The notes below the pieces were generated by a model, which saw only the letters and a program-made list of their open reading frames with translations, had not been told where the DNA came from and searched no databases. The position numbers were made by a program, and so were the translations under genes. Below are positions 10,122-19,320 of a DNA stretch of 64,000 nucleotides, piece by piece. How positions within the stretch are numbered: position 1 is the first letter of the stretch; the number at the start of each line of letters is the position of its first letter. This stretch comes from Thermoplasmata archaeon (GTDB lineage Archaea > Thermoplasmatota > Thermoplasmata > Halarchaeoplasmatales > Halarchaeoplasmataceae), in assembly GCA_046540335.1 (NCBI GenBank), contig JBKHFH010000003.1, forward strand, positions 6,954-70,953, written 5' to 3'.

Positions 10122-10147
10122 GCCATCCTCAAAATTTCTAAAAATAT

Positions 10148-11095
10148 TCATCCTACAACGTATTGAAAGATATTTCCAAGTGTATAAGTCAGACCAATAG
10201 CTACGAATATCGCTGATATCCAAGCTCCAGAGGTTAACACTATCTTTCTCTTCCCTACACTCCAGCCACTTATAACCATCCCACTTCCTATGATCGATGC
10301 AATTATGGCCTGGCCGAAAGAGATCGGAACGCCGATAAAAACTCCGATTTGAGCGAGGATCGCTGCCGTTGCTAAAGCCGAAACCGACCTTCTTGGCCCG
10401 AGATTGGAATATTCGAATGTAACAGCCTCGATTATTTTAGGGGACAAAACCCAAGCACCGATAAGAATCGAAAAACCTCCGAGAGGCAATAGCCAAAAAA
10501 GCTCAAATCCCATCCCCATCAAAGGGCCAACTGCCTTTCCTACGGAGTTTGCACCAGCGGTATAGGCCACGAAGAGTCCTAATAATAGGGTCGCATAGTG
10601 GATGGATTTCTTAGATCCTTCCTTGGAAACATACTTTTTAAGCAACCTGGCTATCGAATAGGCAATTATAACAGCCAAAATTGGCACAAGAGCCCAGTAA
10701 CCCACTATCTTTTGGATTGTTACCCATTCCACACTAACCCCAAAACTGAAGGCACTCCCGATAACCGATCCAACGACAGTAAAGGCAGTCGGCATAGGAT
10801 ACTTCGTTAAGACACTTATTATTACAAGTACAGGAGCCACGATCAGTATGCTAAGTGCCTGAAGTGGCTGTATATCTCCGAATATCATCTTGGAACCCAC
10901 TGTTGAGGCCACATTACCCCCTTGGACCACTGCTCCTAGACAGGCAGCTATACCTGCAAGCAGAGCTGATTTCAGGACCCCGATGTTTCTAGAAAAGGTA
11001 ACTGGACCAAAAGCCGGAGGAACAGCTGACGCGCCTATAGATATGCCCATGAAAACAGATGCGATGAATGTGAAAAATATTAGGAAGTCTATCAT
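10148..11095 (-). CDS. PiT-family inorganic phosphate (or sulfate) permease
   Basis: Polytopic membrane protein with two divergent copies of the PiT GANDVANAFG-like repeat (GISIGASAVPPAFGPV; AYTAGANSVGKAVGPLMG). Confidence 0.55.
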   Translation of the reverse strand: MIDFLIFFTFIASVFMGISIGASAVPPAFGPVTFSRNIGVLKSALLAGIAACLGAVVQGGNVASTVGSKMIFGDIQPLQALSILIVAPVLVIISVLTKYPMPTAFTVVGSVIGSAFSFGVSVEWVTIQKIVGYWALVPILAVIIAYSIARLLKKYVSKEGSKKSIHYATLLLGLFVAYTAGANSVGKAVGPLMGMGFELFWLLPLGGFSILIGAWVLSPKIIEAVTFEYSNLGPRRSVSALATAAILAQIGVFIGVPISFGQAIIASIIGSGMVISGWSVGKRKIVLTSGAWISAIFVAIGLTYTLGNIFQYVVG

Positions 11096-11847
11096 TTTCC
11101 CTTTTCCCTAAGACCTCTTTTGATGGTTTTCCTTAGTTCATCATCGGGTATATTAACGGTCAGTAGATAATGGTCATCATCCTTTTCTTCCAAGTTTATG
11201 GAAAGGTGCTCGGTGTCAAAATAGTAGGGATTGAGTTTCAGCATCACTTGTTCGTAAATTGCTTCCTCCATCTTTCGGAGCGATTCTATAGACTTGGAGC
11301 CGATCAGACGGTTAATACTTTTTGATGCGTCTTTCAATTCGGCTGATGGAGATTTATTTTCTTCTGTACCTTTGATTTCCTTCTTTTTATCAGGAGGGGC
11401 AGTATTTTCCTCAGTTCTATCGACATTTTTTTGAGATTTCTTTGACTTGTTGTTTATTAGATTATTCATACCTTTAGAAGCGTTGTCTTTCAATTCTACA
11501 ATAGCTGATTTTCCTTTGTCTTTAGCCCCATTTATGCCCTTTTTAACTTTCTTACCTGCTGATTTAAGTTCTTCGTTTGTTCCCTTGAAGTCCTTCTCTA
11601 CACCTTTCTTTTTGATCGCGGCTTGTTCGGCCGTTCTTTTAGAGAGATCTTTTTCATCTTCTTCTTCTCGAGGACGCCATTTGTTGTAACCTTCTATTGA
11701 ATCATCCATGTTTTCAGCTGTGTCTTCCTTCTCATAACTCTCTTTCAGTATCCTCTCTAAATCCCTTGCAAACCCACATATTTCCTCCCAGTTCCCTTCA
11801 ATCCTTATACCAGAATGTGTGGTTTTCTGCTTTTGTTTACTCATCAT
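11092..11847 (-). CDS. Lys/Glu-rich low-complexity hypothetical protein, translationally coupled to the PiT permease
   Basis: 251 aa, central K/E/N-rich disordered region, ordered C-terminal segment YFDTEHLSINLEEKDDDHYLLTVNIPD; 4-bp ATGA overlap with the downstream permease. Confidence 0.45.
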   Translation of the reverse strand: MMSKQKQKTTHSGIRIEGNWEEICGFARDLERILKESYEKEDTAENMDDSIEGYNKWRPREEEDEKDLSKRTAEQAAIKKKGVEKDFKGTNEELKSAGKKVKKGINGAKDKGKSAIVELKDNASKGMNNLINNKSKKSQKNVDRTEENTAPPDKKKEIKGTEENKSPSAELKDASKSINRLIGSKSIESLRKMEEAIYEQVMLKLNPYYFDTEHLSINLEEKDDDHYLLTVNIPDDELRKTIKRGLREKGK

Positions 11848-12020
11848 TGCTCAATGGTAAAATAATGTTATAAAAAGATTTCGATTTGTATTGGTTTATT
11901 AACCGAAAAGGGGGTCGAAAAATTTATCATATCTCGAAATGAATTTTACTAAGCACATCTAATAAACATGGTATCTCGCCACTAAAAAGTCACCCCAACA
12001 TCTTTTTATATCATCCATGT

Positions 12021-12048
12021 TTCAAATCATTGTGAATTTGAACCCAAG
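12021..12048 (+). promoter_or_regulatory. Inverted repeat (GTTTCAAAT-N7-ATTTGAAC) in the 5' region of the DRG GTPase gene
   Basis: 8 of 9 bp palindromic arms seen directly in the sequence 12 bp upstream of the ATG at 12060. Confidence 0.3.
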
Positions 12049-12059
12049 AAAAGGTAAAC

Positions 12060-13160
12060 ATGGCTGAAGATATCGAAGAGGAAATCAAGAAAATCGAGGA
12101 AGAGATCCGCGAAACCCCCTATAATAAATCCACGGAGCAGCATATAGGCCGTTTGAAGGCAAAGGTAGCTAAACTGAAGGAAAAAAAAGAGAAAAGGGAA
12201 AAAGGAAAATCGGAAAGTGGTGGAGGGTACGACATAAAGAAGGAAGGCGACGCGACGGTAGCTTTGGTAGGTCTCCCAAGCGTTGGTAAAAGTACACTTC
12301 TCAATAAACTCACAAATGCAGAAAGCAAAGTCGCGAACTATCATTTCACAACTCTAGACGTGATACCAGGGATAATGGAGCACAACGGGGCAGAAATACA
12401 ACTTTTAGATCTCCCCGGTCTTGTCGAGGGCGCTTCAAAAGGAAAAGGAAGAGGTAGAGAGATCTTATCGGTTATAAGGAACGTCGATCTGATAATAATC
12501 ATCGGAGACATATATAGAAGAGACATAAATAAGATCGAGGAAGAATTGCGCTCTCACGGCATAAGGCTGAATCAGGAACCTCCTGATATCAAGATAAAAG
12601 AAAAAGATAGGGACGGTATCAAGATAAACACCACCGTCGAACTAAACAACATAAGAAAAGAGACTATAATGGACATACTGAGAGAGTTCGACTATGTTAA
12701 TGCTGACGTAGTTATAAGAAGCGATATAGACGATCAAGAACTGATCGATTTTCTGAGTAACAACAGGGTCTATCTTCCATCTTTTCCGATAATTAACAAG
12801 ACAGACCTGATAGATGAGGAAGCTAAAAAAGATCTACAAGATGAATTAGGAGACCGCGAACCTCTGTTGATATCCGCCGAAGAAGGATTGGGCATTCAAG
12901 AAGTCAAGCAGAGGATCTTTGACGAGTTGGATTTCATCCGAGTGTTTCTCAGACCCCAGGGCGAGAAAGCTGACGATGAACCGATGGTGATCAAAAAAGG
13001 GAGTACTGTGGAAAACATATGTAAGAAACTGCATAGTGATTTTCTTGAAAATTTCAGATATGCAAGGATCTGGGGGCCCACCGCGAAGTTCCCGAAGCAA
13101 AAAGTAGGTCTAGATCATGAACTAGCGGAAGGAGATACCGTCAGGATCATCACCAAATAA
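12060..13160 (+). CDS. Developmentally regulated GTP-binding protein (DRG/Rbg1, Obg-like GTPase with C-terminal TGS domain)
   Basis: G1 GLPSVGKST, G2 FTTL, G3 DLPG; N-terminal K-rich helix ...HIGRLKAKVAKLKEK; C-terminal TGS-like domain (RIWGPTAKF ... GDTVRII). Confidence 0.85.
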   Translation: MAEDIEEEIKKIEEEIRETPYNKSTEQHIGRLKAKVAKLKEKKEKREKGKSESGGGYDIKKEGDATVALVGLPSVGKSTLLNKLTNAESKVANYHFTTLDVIPGIMEHNGAEIQLLDLPGLVEGASKGKGRGREILSVIRNVDLIIIIGDIYRRDINKIEEELRSHGIRLNQEPPDIKIKEKDRDGIKINTTVELNNIRKETIMDILREFDYVNADVVIRSDIDDQELIDFLSNNRVYLPSFPIINKTDLIDEEAKKDLQDELGDREPLLISAEEGLGIQEVKQRIFDELDFIRVFLRPQGEKADDEPMVIKKGSTVENICKKLHSDFLENFRYARIWGPTAKFPKQKVGLDHELAEGDTVRIITK

Positions 13161-13180
13161 GTTATATTGTACTTATTTTC

Positions 13181-13738
13181 TTGATAAACTTACCTATGAA
13201 AGAGATAATATCAAAAGCGATGAGCTCAGGGTTAGATTTTTCGCAGAAGGGTGTCCTGAAATCTTTCCTCTACAAAATGGATATCGACGAAGAGACCTAC
13301 GATCGCGTATATGTTCAGATCAAGAATAATGCGATGAAAGATAAAGTCTCGAAGATACCTTTTAAAGACAGGATGGTGATGGTGCCTCAGTGTTTGAGAG
13401 ATCCTGAAAATTGCGAAGCTGAATTGGGTGAATGGGGTCATGAGTGTAACAGATGCGGGAAATGCGATGTAGATAAAATCATGGAGATCGCAGAAGACCT
13501 CGGATACGGTGGTGTATATATCGTGCCGGGTTCCAGTATGGCCAAAAAACTACTGAAGAAGAAAAACTATGGGGCTGTGGTTGCTGTAGCTTGCCATTCG
13601 GAACTTGTAGAAGGTTTTGAAGCCGCACATGTTTTTAACGTGCTTGCTCAGGGCATACCTCTCAAAAAAGAAGGGTGTGTCAACACGGAGGCTGATCTTA
13701 GAGAAATCAAAGAAAAGCTGAGGATCCGGAAGGAGTAA
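13181..13738 (+). CDS. DUF116-family protein with conserved cysteine cluster
   Basis: PQCLRDPENC...CNRCGKC cysteine motif followed by VAVACHSELVEG, which matches my recollection of the DUF116 (PF01976) consensus. Confidence 0.45.
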   Translation: MINLPMKEIISKAMSSGLDFSQKGVLKSFLYKMDIDEETYDRVYVQIKNNAMKDKVSKIPFKDRMVMVPQCLRDPENCEAELGEWGHECNRCGKCDVDKIMEIAEDLGYGGVYIVPGSSMAKKLLKKKNYGAVVAVACHSELVEGFEAAHVFNVLAQGIPLKKEGCVNTEADLREIKEKLRIRKE

Positions 13739-13748
13739 ATATGATATT

Positions 13749-14462
13749 ATGATCCAAGAACTTCCCGTTATCAGCGTGGTCGGTGATTCCGACTCTGGTA
13801 AGACCGAGCTCATCTGTCAGTTGATCGAAGAGCTCAGAGGATCAGGCTATGATGTGGCGACGATAAAGCATACCAGAGGTGATTTCAGCATCGATACTGA
13901 AGATAAAGATACATGGAAACATTCTAAAGCCGGTGCGGAGCTAGTTGTCTTTTCCAGTCCAGAGGAATCCGACTTCTTATACCAACGCTCCTTAGAACTG
14001 GAAGAACTGGTATCACACATCGAAGAATTCGGGGATCATGACCTAGTGCTGGTAGAGGGTATGAAAGAAGAGGACATACCCAAGATAAGCGTTGGAGAAG
14101 GATTTGAAGATGAATCGGGGATGCATTATTCTGGAGATATGGAGACGATCCTAGATTATATAGAGAGAAAAATTGAATTGCATAATATACTCATAGAGCT
14201 GGCCGGTCAGGACTGCGGGGAGTGCGGATATCCGAGCTGTGAAGAGCTCGCAGAATCGATATTAGAAGGTGAAAATTCAATCGATGACTGTCAAAAACTC
14301 GAGAATACAGAAACTGTTAAACTTTGGATAAATGGAGAAAGTGTTTCTTTAGGGAGATTTCCTGCTAATATGGTCGAAAAGACTATCAGAGGGATGCTCA
14401 GTTCCCTAAAAGGCATCGAGGGCGACGAAAACGATATCGAGATCGAGATAGATGAGAGGTAG
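13749..14462 (+). CDS. mobB: Molybdopterin-guanine dinucleotide biosynthesis adaptor MobB fused to a C-terminal Fe-S cluster domain
   Basis: VISVVGDSDSGKTELICQLI P-loop ... ATIKHT ... LVLVEGMK are MobB hallmarks; C-terminal CGECGYPSCEEL...DDC resembles a PF04060-type Fe-S binding domain. Confidence 0.75.
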   Translation: MIQELPVISVVGDSDSGKTELICQLIEELRGSGYDVATIKHTRGDFSIDTEDKDTWKHSKAGAELVVFSSPEESDFLYQRSLELEELVSHIEEFGDHDLVLVEGMKEEDIPKISVGEGFEDESGMHYSGDMETILDYIERKIELHNILIELAGQDCGECGYPSCEELAESILEGENSIDDCQKLENTETVKLWINGESVSLGRFPANMVEKTIRGMLSSLKGIEGDENDIEIEIDER

Positions 14463-14469
14463 GTATAGA

Positions 14470-14943
14470 ATGGAAGTCATCGGGGTAAAGATATCTGAAA
14501 CGAAAGATTCTAAAGATATATTTGAAGATATAGAGTGCTTCAGAGAACAAACTGAAACTTTCGTACAGATCTTCGATCATTCAAAAGTTGTATCTAAAGA
14601 TCATCTTTTGTGGGCTCACCAAAAGGCTGAAGAGAATTTTGAAGAAAAAACAAATCGAGCCGATAATATCGAGATTGAAACTTTACTTTGGTCTTCAGGT
14701 GAGTGGCAGATCAAGGATGCGATCGATAAGATGGGGATCGAAGATAGGGACAGAAGAGCTGTTGTCCTTTTAGATTCAAGTCCGCAGAAATTCATCGATT
14801 TCATGAGTTGGGAAAGAGACGATTCCATATTGGAAGTTAGTGAGGAAAAACTGAAAGCATTTGGAATAGATGAGAAAGAGATCGAATCTGTGGATTCCCC
14901 TGAAGATCTCGTATTCGAAAAGATGGCTACATCCATACTGTGA
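14470..14943 (+). CDS. cgi121: KEOPS complex subunit Cgi121
   Basis: HLLWAHQKAE...IEIETLLWSSGEWQIKDAIDKMGI...VVLLDSS...ILEVSEEKLKAFGI aligns block by block with archaeal Cgi121 (HVLHAINQA / ILVRASGQRQIHEAIKIIG / VLEINEDK). Internal ATG at 14470 chosen; overlaps the mobB stop. Confidence 0.55.
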   Translation: MEVIGVKISETKDSKDIFEDIECFREQTETFVQIFDHSKVVSKDHLLWAHQKAEENFEEKTNRADNIEIETLLWSSGEWQIKDAIDKMGIEDRDRRAVVLLDSSPQKFIDFMSWERDDSILEVSEEKLKAFGIDEKEIESVDSPEDLVFEKMATSIL

Positions 14944-14969
14944 AAAAGGAAAAAAGAGAAAAAAGGTTT

Positions 14970-16079
14970 TTATTCTTCTACTTCTTCGAACCTATCTTCT
15001 AGATCGTCCATCACGTCTGGTAGGGTCGTGTATTCCATCTCTTCCAGAGGGAGTCTGTGAGGTTCGAACGGTCCGTGTCTCCTCATGTAATCAGCAGTCT
15101 CCGCGGACTTCTCTCTAACGGTGTCGAATGCGGGATCATCGAAAAGATCAGCGGGCTCGTCAAATTTACCGTTCTTCAGCTGTGTACCAAGTGCCATCAC
15201 CCTGGGCGGGCCATCGAATCTAGTGCACTGAGAGTCCTTTTCACCTACGGGCATTATAGGCCCGTTATGACTTCCTCTCATCCATCCAGAAACCAAGTAT
15301 GGATGAGCGAAAGGTTCTAGAACTTCTCCTAGAGCGGGGAGTCCGGACTGGGCTCTCACAACAGCTACCGGGTCGTCTTTGCCTACGTACTCTCCTGCTA
15401 CCTGGTACAATTTTTCTGTACTCACCGCAGCTACGGGTTCATCTTCCGGTAACTTGCTCTCTTTCTTCGGATAGACTTTCTTGATCACGAATCTTCCTTT
15501 AGCTCCTAGAAGTGCCAGCATATCGTATAGTTCTTCAGGGGTCTCCATCATTATCTTCTCGTTCTTTTTGATGTCCCATATCTCGAATCTGAAACCGATA
15601 TGGAGTGAAGGGTCTATAACCAGACCGGCAGTGTTGAATGGATCGGCAAAGATCTTGAATATAGGGTAATTGAACGCACCGGGCTCAGTCTTATCCATAA
15701 GGAAAGCTACTACAGGTTCCGCTTTTCTTGCCGTGAATTCCATCTCGGCTATCCCGGGACCCATACCTCTCACGTTTCCTGAGAACGCGTCGGAGAGAAG
15801 GTCCTGTCCAGCGCCGTAAAGCCCCAGTTCTTTAGCCTTTTCCGTTGCTTCCTGGAAAGTGTCCCAGGCGAGCGAATGTATCTCTTCTGAGTCTTCACCC
15901 TTTCTGTGGGTCATCAGAAGTTCAAGATCGTCCCCGCAGTGTGTCACGTAGTAATCTTCTAGAACATCTGAATACGCGAGTTTTTTCTCCGCCACTTCCA
16001 TCAGATCATCGTGTACTCTGGAATGTCCGGGGTATCCACCGACATCGGCCTTTATGATACTAAATGTTATCTTGCTCAT
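14970..16079 (-). CDS. fbp: Bifunctional fructose-1,6-bisphosphate aldolase/phosphatase (archaeal class V FBPase)
   Basis: MSKITFSIIKADVGGYPGHSRVH N-terminus and overall length (369 aa) are characteristic of FBPase V. Confidence 0.88.
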   Translation of the reverse strand: MSKITFSIIKADVGGYPGHSRVHDDLMEVAEKKLAYSDVLEDYYVTHCGDDLELLMTHRKGEDSEEIHSLAWDTFQEATEKAKELGLYGAGQDLLSDAFSGNVRGMGPGIAEMEFTARKAEPVVAFLMDKTEPGAFNYPIFKIFADPFNTAGLVIDPSLHIGFRFEIWDIKKNEKIMMETPEELYDMLALLGAKGRFVIKKVYPKKESKLPEDEPVAAVSTEKLYQVAGEYVGKDDPVAVVRAQSGLPALGEVLEPFAHPYLVSGWMRGSHNGPIMPVGEKDSQCTRFDGPPRVMALGTQLKNGKFDEPADLFDDPAFDTVREKSAETADYMRRHGPFEPHRLPLEEMEYTTLPDVMDDLEDRFEEVEE

Positions 16080-16183
16080 CTATACACCTCAATTGTCTCT
16101 ATAGAGACACTAAATAAAAGATTATCGATTTAGGCGGACCAAAAGTGAAAATGTTTTAAGGGAAAAACAGGATTTTAGAATAT

Positions 16184-16528
16184 ATGAACTCAGAATTTAT
16201 CGAAGACTACTCCTTCGGTAAGATAGTGATCGACGGTGAACGTTACACCGATGATGTGATTCTTCTAGGAGAAAAAGTGATAGATGGTTGGTGGAGGGAG
16301 AGAGGGCACAGAGTGAACAAAGATGATCTCGGTAAAATTGTGAGGTTCGATCCAGATATTTTGATAATAGGAACCGGTAGTTCAGGACGGATGAAGGTAC
16401 CTTCTAGTCTATCCAGTAAATTTGAGTTTGAAATGGAATCGTATCCGACTCGGCAGGCATGTGAGAGATATAATGAGTTACTGCAGCAAGATAAGAAGAT
16501 CGCTGGGGGTTTCCATCTGACATGTTGA
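16184..16528 (+). CDS. MTH938-like (DUF498) domain protein, tandem copy 1
   Basis: DILIIGTGSSGRMKV...GGFHLTC; MTH938 fold consensus (..lviGtG..g.l.v ... H.tC). Confidence 0.6.
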   Translation: MNSEFIEDYSFGKIVIDGERYTDDVILLGEKVIDGWWRERGHRVNKDDLGKIVRFDPDILIIGTGSSGRMKVPSSLSSKFEFEMESYPTRQACERYNELLQQDKKIAGGFHLTC

Positions 16529-16887
16529 AGATAGAGGGCACTGAATTTGGTGAAGTCACCGTGAACGGTGAAAAATACGATCATGATATCGTAGCATTTC
16601 CAAATGAGGTGATCGAGAGGAAAAAATGGATCACTAAAGATAAGCACGGAACCAGTCACAGGTTTACCAGGGATGAGATGGAAGAGTACATAGAGGGAGC
16701 GGGTCATGAGGCGATAGATGAAGTGATCGTTGGGACCGGTCAGTACGGTAAGTTGGGCTTGCTTCCGGAGACTAGAGAATACCTTGAACAAAAAGACATC
16801 TCCTATAAAGAGAAAAAGACGCCCGAACTTGTCGGTCGAGATATCGATGAAAGTGAAACTATGACGATAATCCACGTTACCTGCTAG
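16522..16887 (+). CDS. MTH938-like (DUF498) domain protein, tandem copy 2
   Basis: Paralogue of the preceding ORF (FGEVTVNGEKYDHD / VIVGTGQYGKLGL / IIHVTC); 7-bp overlap with copy 1. Confidence 0.6.
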   Translation: MLKIEGTEFGEVTVNGEKYDHDIVAFPNEVIERKKWITKDKHGTSHRFTRDEMEEYIEGAGHEAIDEVIVGTGQYGKLGLLPETREYLEQKDISYKEKKTPELVGRDIDESETMTIIHVTC

Positions 16888-18389
16888 ATCATACCGTGTT
16901 CTTCTACACCCTTTTCGACTTCGTTCAGAAATTCCTCCGTCCCTTCTGGTTTTTCCGTCACTGAGCTGACACTAACGAATATGATCAGGGTGATCAGCAG
17001 TCCCCAAAAAGAAGGCCACCACCCGAGCGGATAATAAGCCGGTCCAGCGATATACATAGATGTGGTGATGATCCCACCGACAACCATGCTCGATAAAGCC
17101 CCTTCGGTCGTCGAACCTTTCCAGAAGAACGAACCGATGATCGTAGGAGCCATCACCAGTAAGCCGCCTGAAGCCATGCTCGATAGAACCGCTATCATGT
17201 TCAATCTAAGGTTCGCGAAAAATATACAGCTCAGAAGTATAAGGATGATGATGATCTTACCGAAATAGACTTCTATCTTTTCAGAAATACCCGGTTTAAA
17301 ACCTTTAACAAGGTCTCTAGAGCCGAGTGAGCTGAGTGTGAGCGTTATAGAACTCAAAGTGGAAGTGGCGGCTGCAAATATGCTTACGAAAACGACCAAA
17401 GCTAGAACAACAGGCACGTTACCCAAGAGGACGGGCATCGCACTGTCGGGATCAGCTCCAACTTCAAGGCCGGTTCCAGCTATAGAGAAACCCAATAGCG
17501 TTGTTATCACCGTATAAACAAGGGCGAAAATCGAGAAATAGATTATCATCCTTTTTACGCTCTTCACAGAATCAGAAACGAACATCCTCTGAGATACCTG
17601 GGGATTGGTGAGAGCGAAGAAGGCCCAAGGTAAAGTAAGTCCTATGAACATGCTGAAATCCCAATTTAGTGTGAGAAGCTGAGAGTGTTCCGTAGTTATC
17701 TCAGTTACGAAACCGGCGGGTCCGCCGAAAAAGTGATAGAATACGAATATCACCAGAAGGATGCTGGCTCCCAGCATGATCAAGGCCTGAAAGGCGTCCG
17801 TCCAGGAGACCGACCTCATGCCCGCCCAGAACGCACTTATACCGCTGAAACCCGCGACGAGCAGAACGCCGATTAGGTACAGGCTGGAAATGGTGACTCC
17901 GAAGACCTCGAAAGCGGGAAGAGAAACTGATGCCATGCCTTCGATCAGGAAACCTATACCCATCATCTGGGCCGAAGCATAAGGGATGAGCATGGTGAGA
18001 CAGATGATCGATGAAACGATGCCGACCCACCTGCTGTTATACCTCTTAGCCATCAATTCCGGCGGTGTGATTATATCGTATTTCTTCCCAGCGATCCAAA
18101 ATCTTGGAGCGAATATTATCAATAATAGTATAGTAAAGACGATATATATCATCTCGAAACCTACAGCACCAACTCCCGTACTGTAGGTCAGACCCACTAG
18201 ACCAACCATCATGAACGCACTAAAAGTCGTCGCGCTGTAAGTCATGCCGGAGATGAAACCGCTCAGTTTCCTGTTCGCTAGGAAGAAATCAGGCATGCCT
18301 TCCCCGACATATTTTCTGGCCTTATATGCGATGACCACTCCCAGGAAAAACCATATCGCCAGTGCGATCGCTATATAGATCGGACTCAT
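16884..18389 (-). CDS. Sodium:solute symporter family (SSF/SSS) transporter
   Basis: 13-14 TM segments; N-terminal FLANRKLSGFISGMTYSATTFSAFMMVG matches the SSS signature region. Confidence 0.8.
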   Translation of the reverse strand: MSPIYIAIALAIWFFLGVVIAYKARKYVGEGMPDFFLANRKLSGFISGMTYSATTFSAFMMVGLVGLTYSTGVGAVGFEMIYIVFTILLLIIFAPRFWIAGKKYDIITPPELMAKRYNSRWVGIVSSIICLTMLIPYASAQMMGIGFLIEGMASVSLPAFEVFGVTISSLYLIGVLLVAGFSGISAFWAGMRSVSWTDAFQALIMLGASILLVIFVFYHFFGGPAGFVTEITTEHSQLLTLNWDFSMFIGLTLPWAFFALTNPQVSQRMFVSDSVKSVKRMIIYFSIFALVYTVITTLLGFSIAGTGLEVGADPDSAMPVLLGNVPVVLALVVFVSIFAAATSTLSSITLTLSSLGSRDLVKGFKPGISEKIEVYFGKIIIILILLSCIFFANLRLNMIAVLSSMASGGLLVMAPTIIGSFFWKGSTTEGALSSMVVGGIITTSMYIAGPAYYPLGWWPSFWGLLITLIIFVSVSSVTEKPEGTEEFLNEVEKGVEEHGMI

Positions 18390-18568
18390 CTGTTCTCACC
18401 CCAGTCTCTGAGGTGGATGAAACCGATCATTATGGTTATAAGAGCTAAAAGAGTCCAGTAGAGATAACTGGCCCAAAAACTCGCTATATCTCCTAGGAAA
18501 GTATAAGGTACTCCCACGCTCAATAAAGCCATGATCACCGCTATTATGCCCAGAGTCTTTATCTTCAC
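18386..18568 (-). CDS. Small two-TM membrane protein coupled to the SSS transporter (DUF3311-like accessory subunit)
   Basis: 60 aa, two hydrophobic helices; ATGA overlap with the downstream symporter, as for known symporter-associated small subunits. Confidence 0.5.
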   Translation of the reverse strand: MKIKTLGIIAVIMALLSVGVPYTFLGDIASFWASYLYWTLLALITIMIGFIHLRDWGENR

Positions 18569-18684
18569 TCTATCACTTATATTATGAATAGGACTAACCC
18601 CAATAATTATTTAAATATATTGATACCAAGGTCGAAGATACCTACTTGATGATAGGCAGAATCTTAAAATAATTTACATCACCA

Positions 18685-18918
18685 TTAGGTTCGTCTTCGA
18701 CCTTCTTTAGACAGGAGCGATACTACCTCGTCTACGTCGTACAATTTGAGATCCTCACGCTCTTCAGCAGCCTCGGCTACCTCACTCAGCACTTCGACGA
18801 TAGCGTCCCAGACCTGCCCGAGCGCGTCCAGCACCGTATCTATCGCTCCATTCATCTCTTCCTCCACTTGTACTTCGTTGCCGGCCTGGTCTTTGCTGGG
18901 CAGAAAGTATCGGTCCAA
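18685..18918 (-). CDS. Small highly acidic hypothetical protein in a local GC-rich island
   Basis: 77-aa ORF; local GC is about 55% versus about 42% window-wide; helical acidic sequence; no recognised domain. Confidence 0.3.
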   Translation of the reverse strand: MDRYFLPSKDQAGNEVQVEEEMNGAIDTVLDALGQVWDAIVEVLSEVAEAAEEREDLKLYDVDEVVSLLSKEGRRRT

Positions 18919-19087
18919 ATGTGACTAGATGAAATCATCTGAATTATCAACAAAAAGACATTCAAAGTCGCTCTTCTCGACATCCTCGGCCAACCTATTT
19001 CCTCTGGATTCTAGGTGTATAAATGATAGCGAATAAAATACTTTCGGACCCGATTAGCGATCATATATAGAATCCCTACATAATTGT

Positions 19088-19109
19088 TATATGAGACATA
19101 TAATCATTA
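19088..19109 (+). promoter_or_regulatory. Nested palindromes (TATATG-AGA-CATATA; ATAAT-C-ATTAT) upstream of the relB-like gene: putative operator/TATA
   Basis: Perfect 6-bp inverted repeat plus an overlapping 5-bp inverted repeat 13-34 bp upstream of the antitoxin ATG. Confidence 0.4.
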
Positions 19110-19121
19110 TATATTGGTAAG

Positions 19122-19319
19122 ATGTCAACAACGATCCAGATAGAGAAAGAAACGAGAGAAAGGCTGAAAAGATTTGGACATAAAGGAGAATCCTATGACG
19201 AGATAATAGAGCGGTTGATGAACTACTGCGACGAATTGGACATGGAGGAGTTCATAGAGGCAAGGTGGAAAAGACTCCAGGAAGAAAAAGATGAATATCT
19301 CTCAGTGGACGAGATATAG
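19122..19319 (+). CDS. RelB-like (archaeal aRelB-type) antitoxin
   Basis: 65 aa; IQIEKETRERLKRF..GESYDEIIERLMN resembles archaeal RelB antitoxins; the stop lies 1 bp before the toxin ORF. Confidence 0.55.
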   Translation: MSTTIQIEKETRERLKRFGHKGESYDEIIERLMNYCDELDMEEFIEARWKRLQEEKDEYLSVDEI

Positions 19320-19320
19320 A

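Noticed and set aside
11848-12059. Possible tRNA (GGGTTCAAATTC-like T-loop on the minus strand near 12035)
   Set aside because: The surrounding sequence cannot be folded into a cloverleaf (no acceptor or anticodon stems). It is better explained as the inverted repeat reported upstream of the DRG gene.
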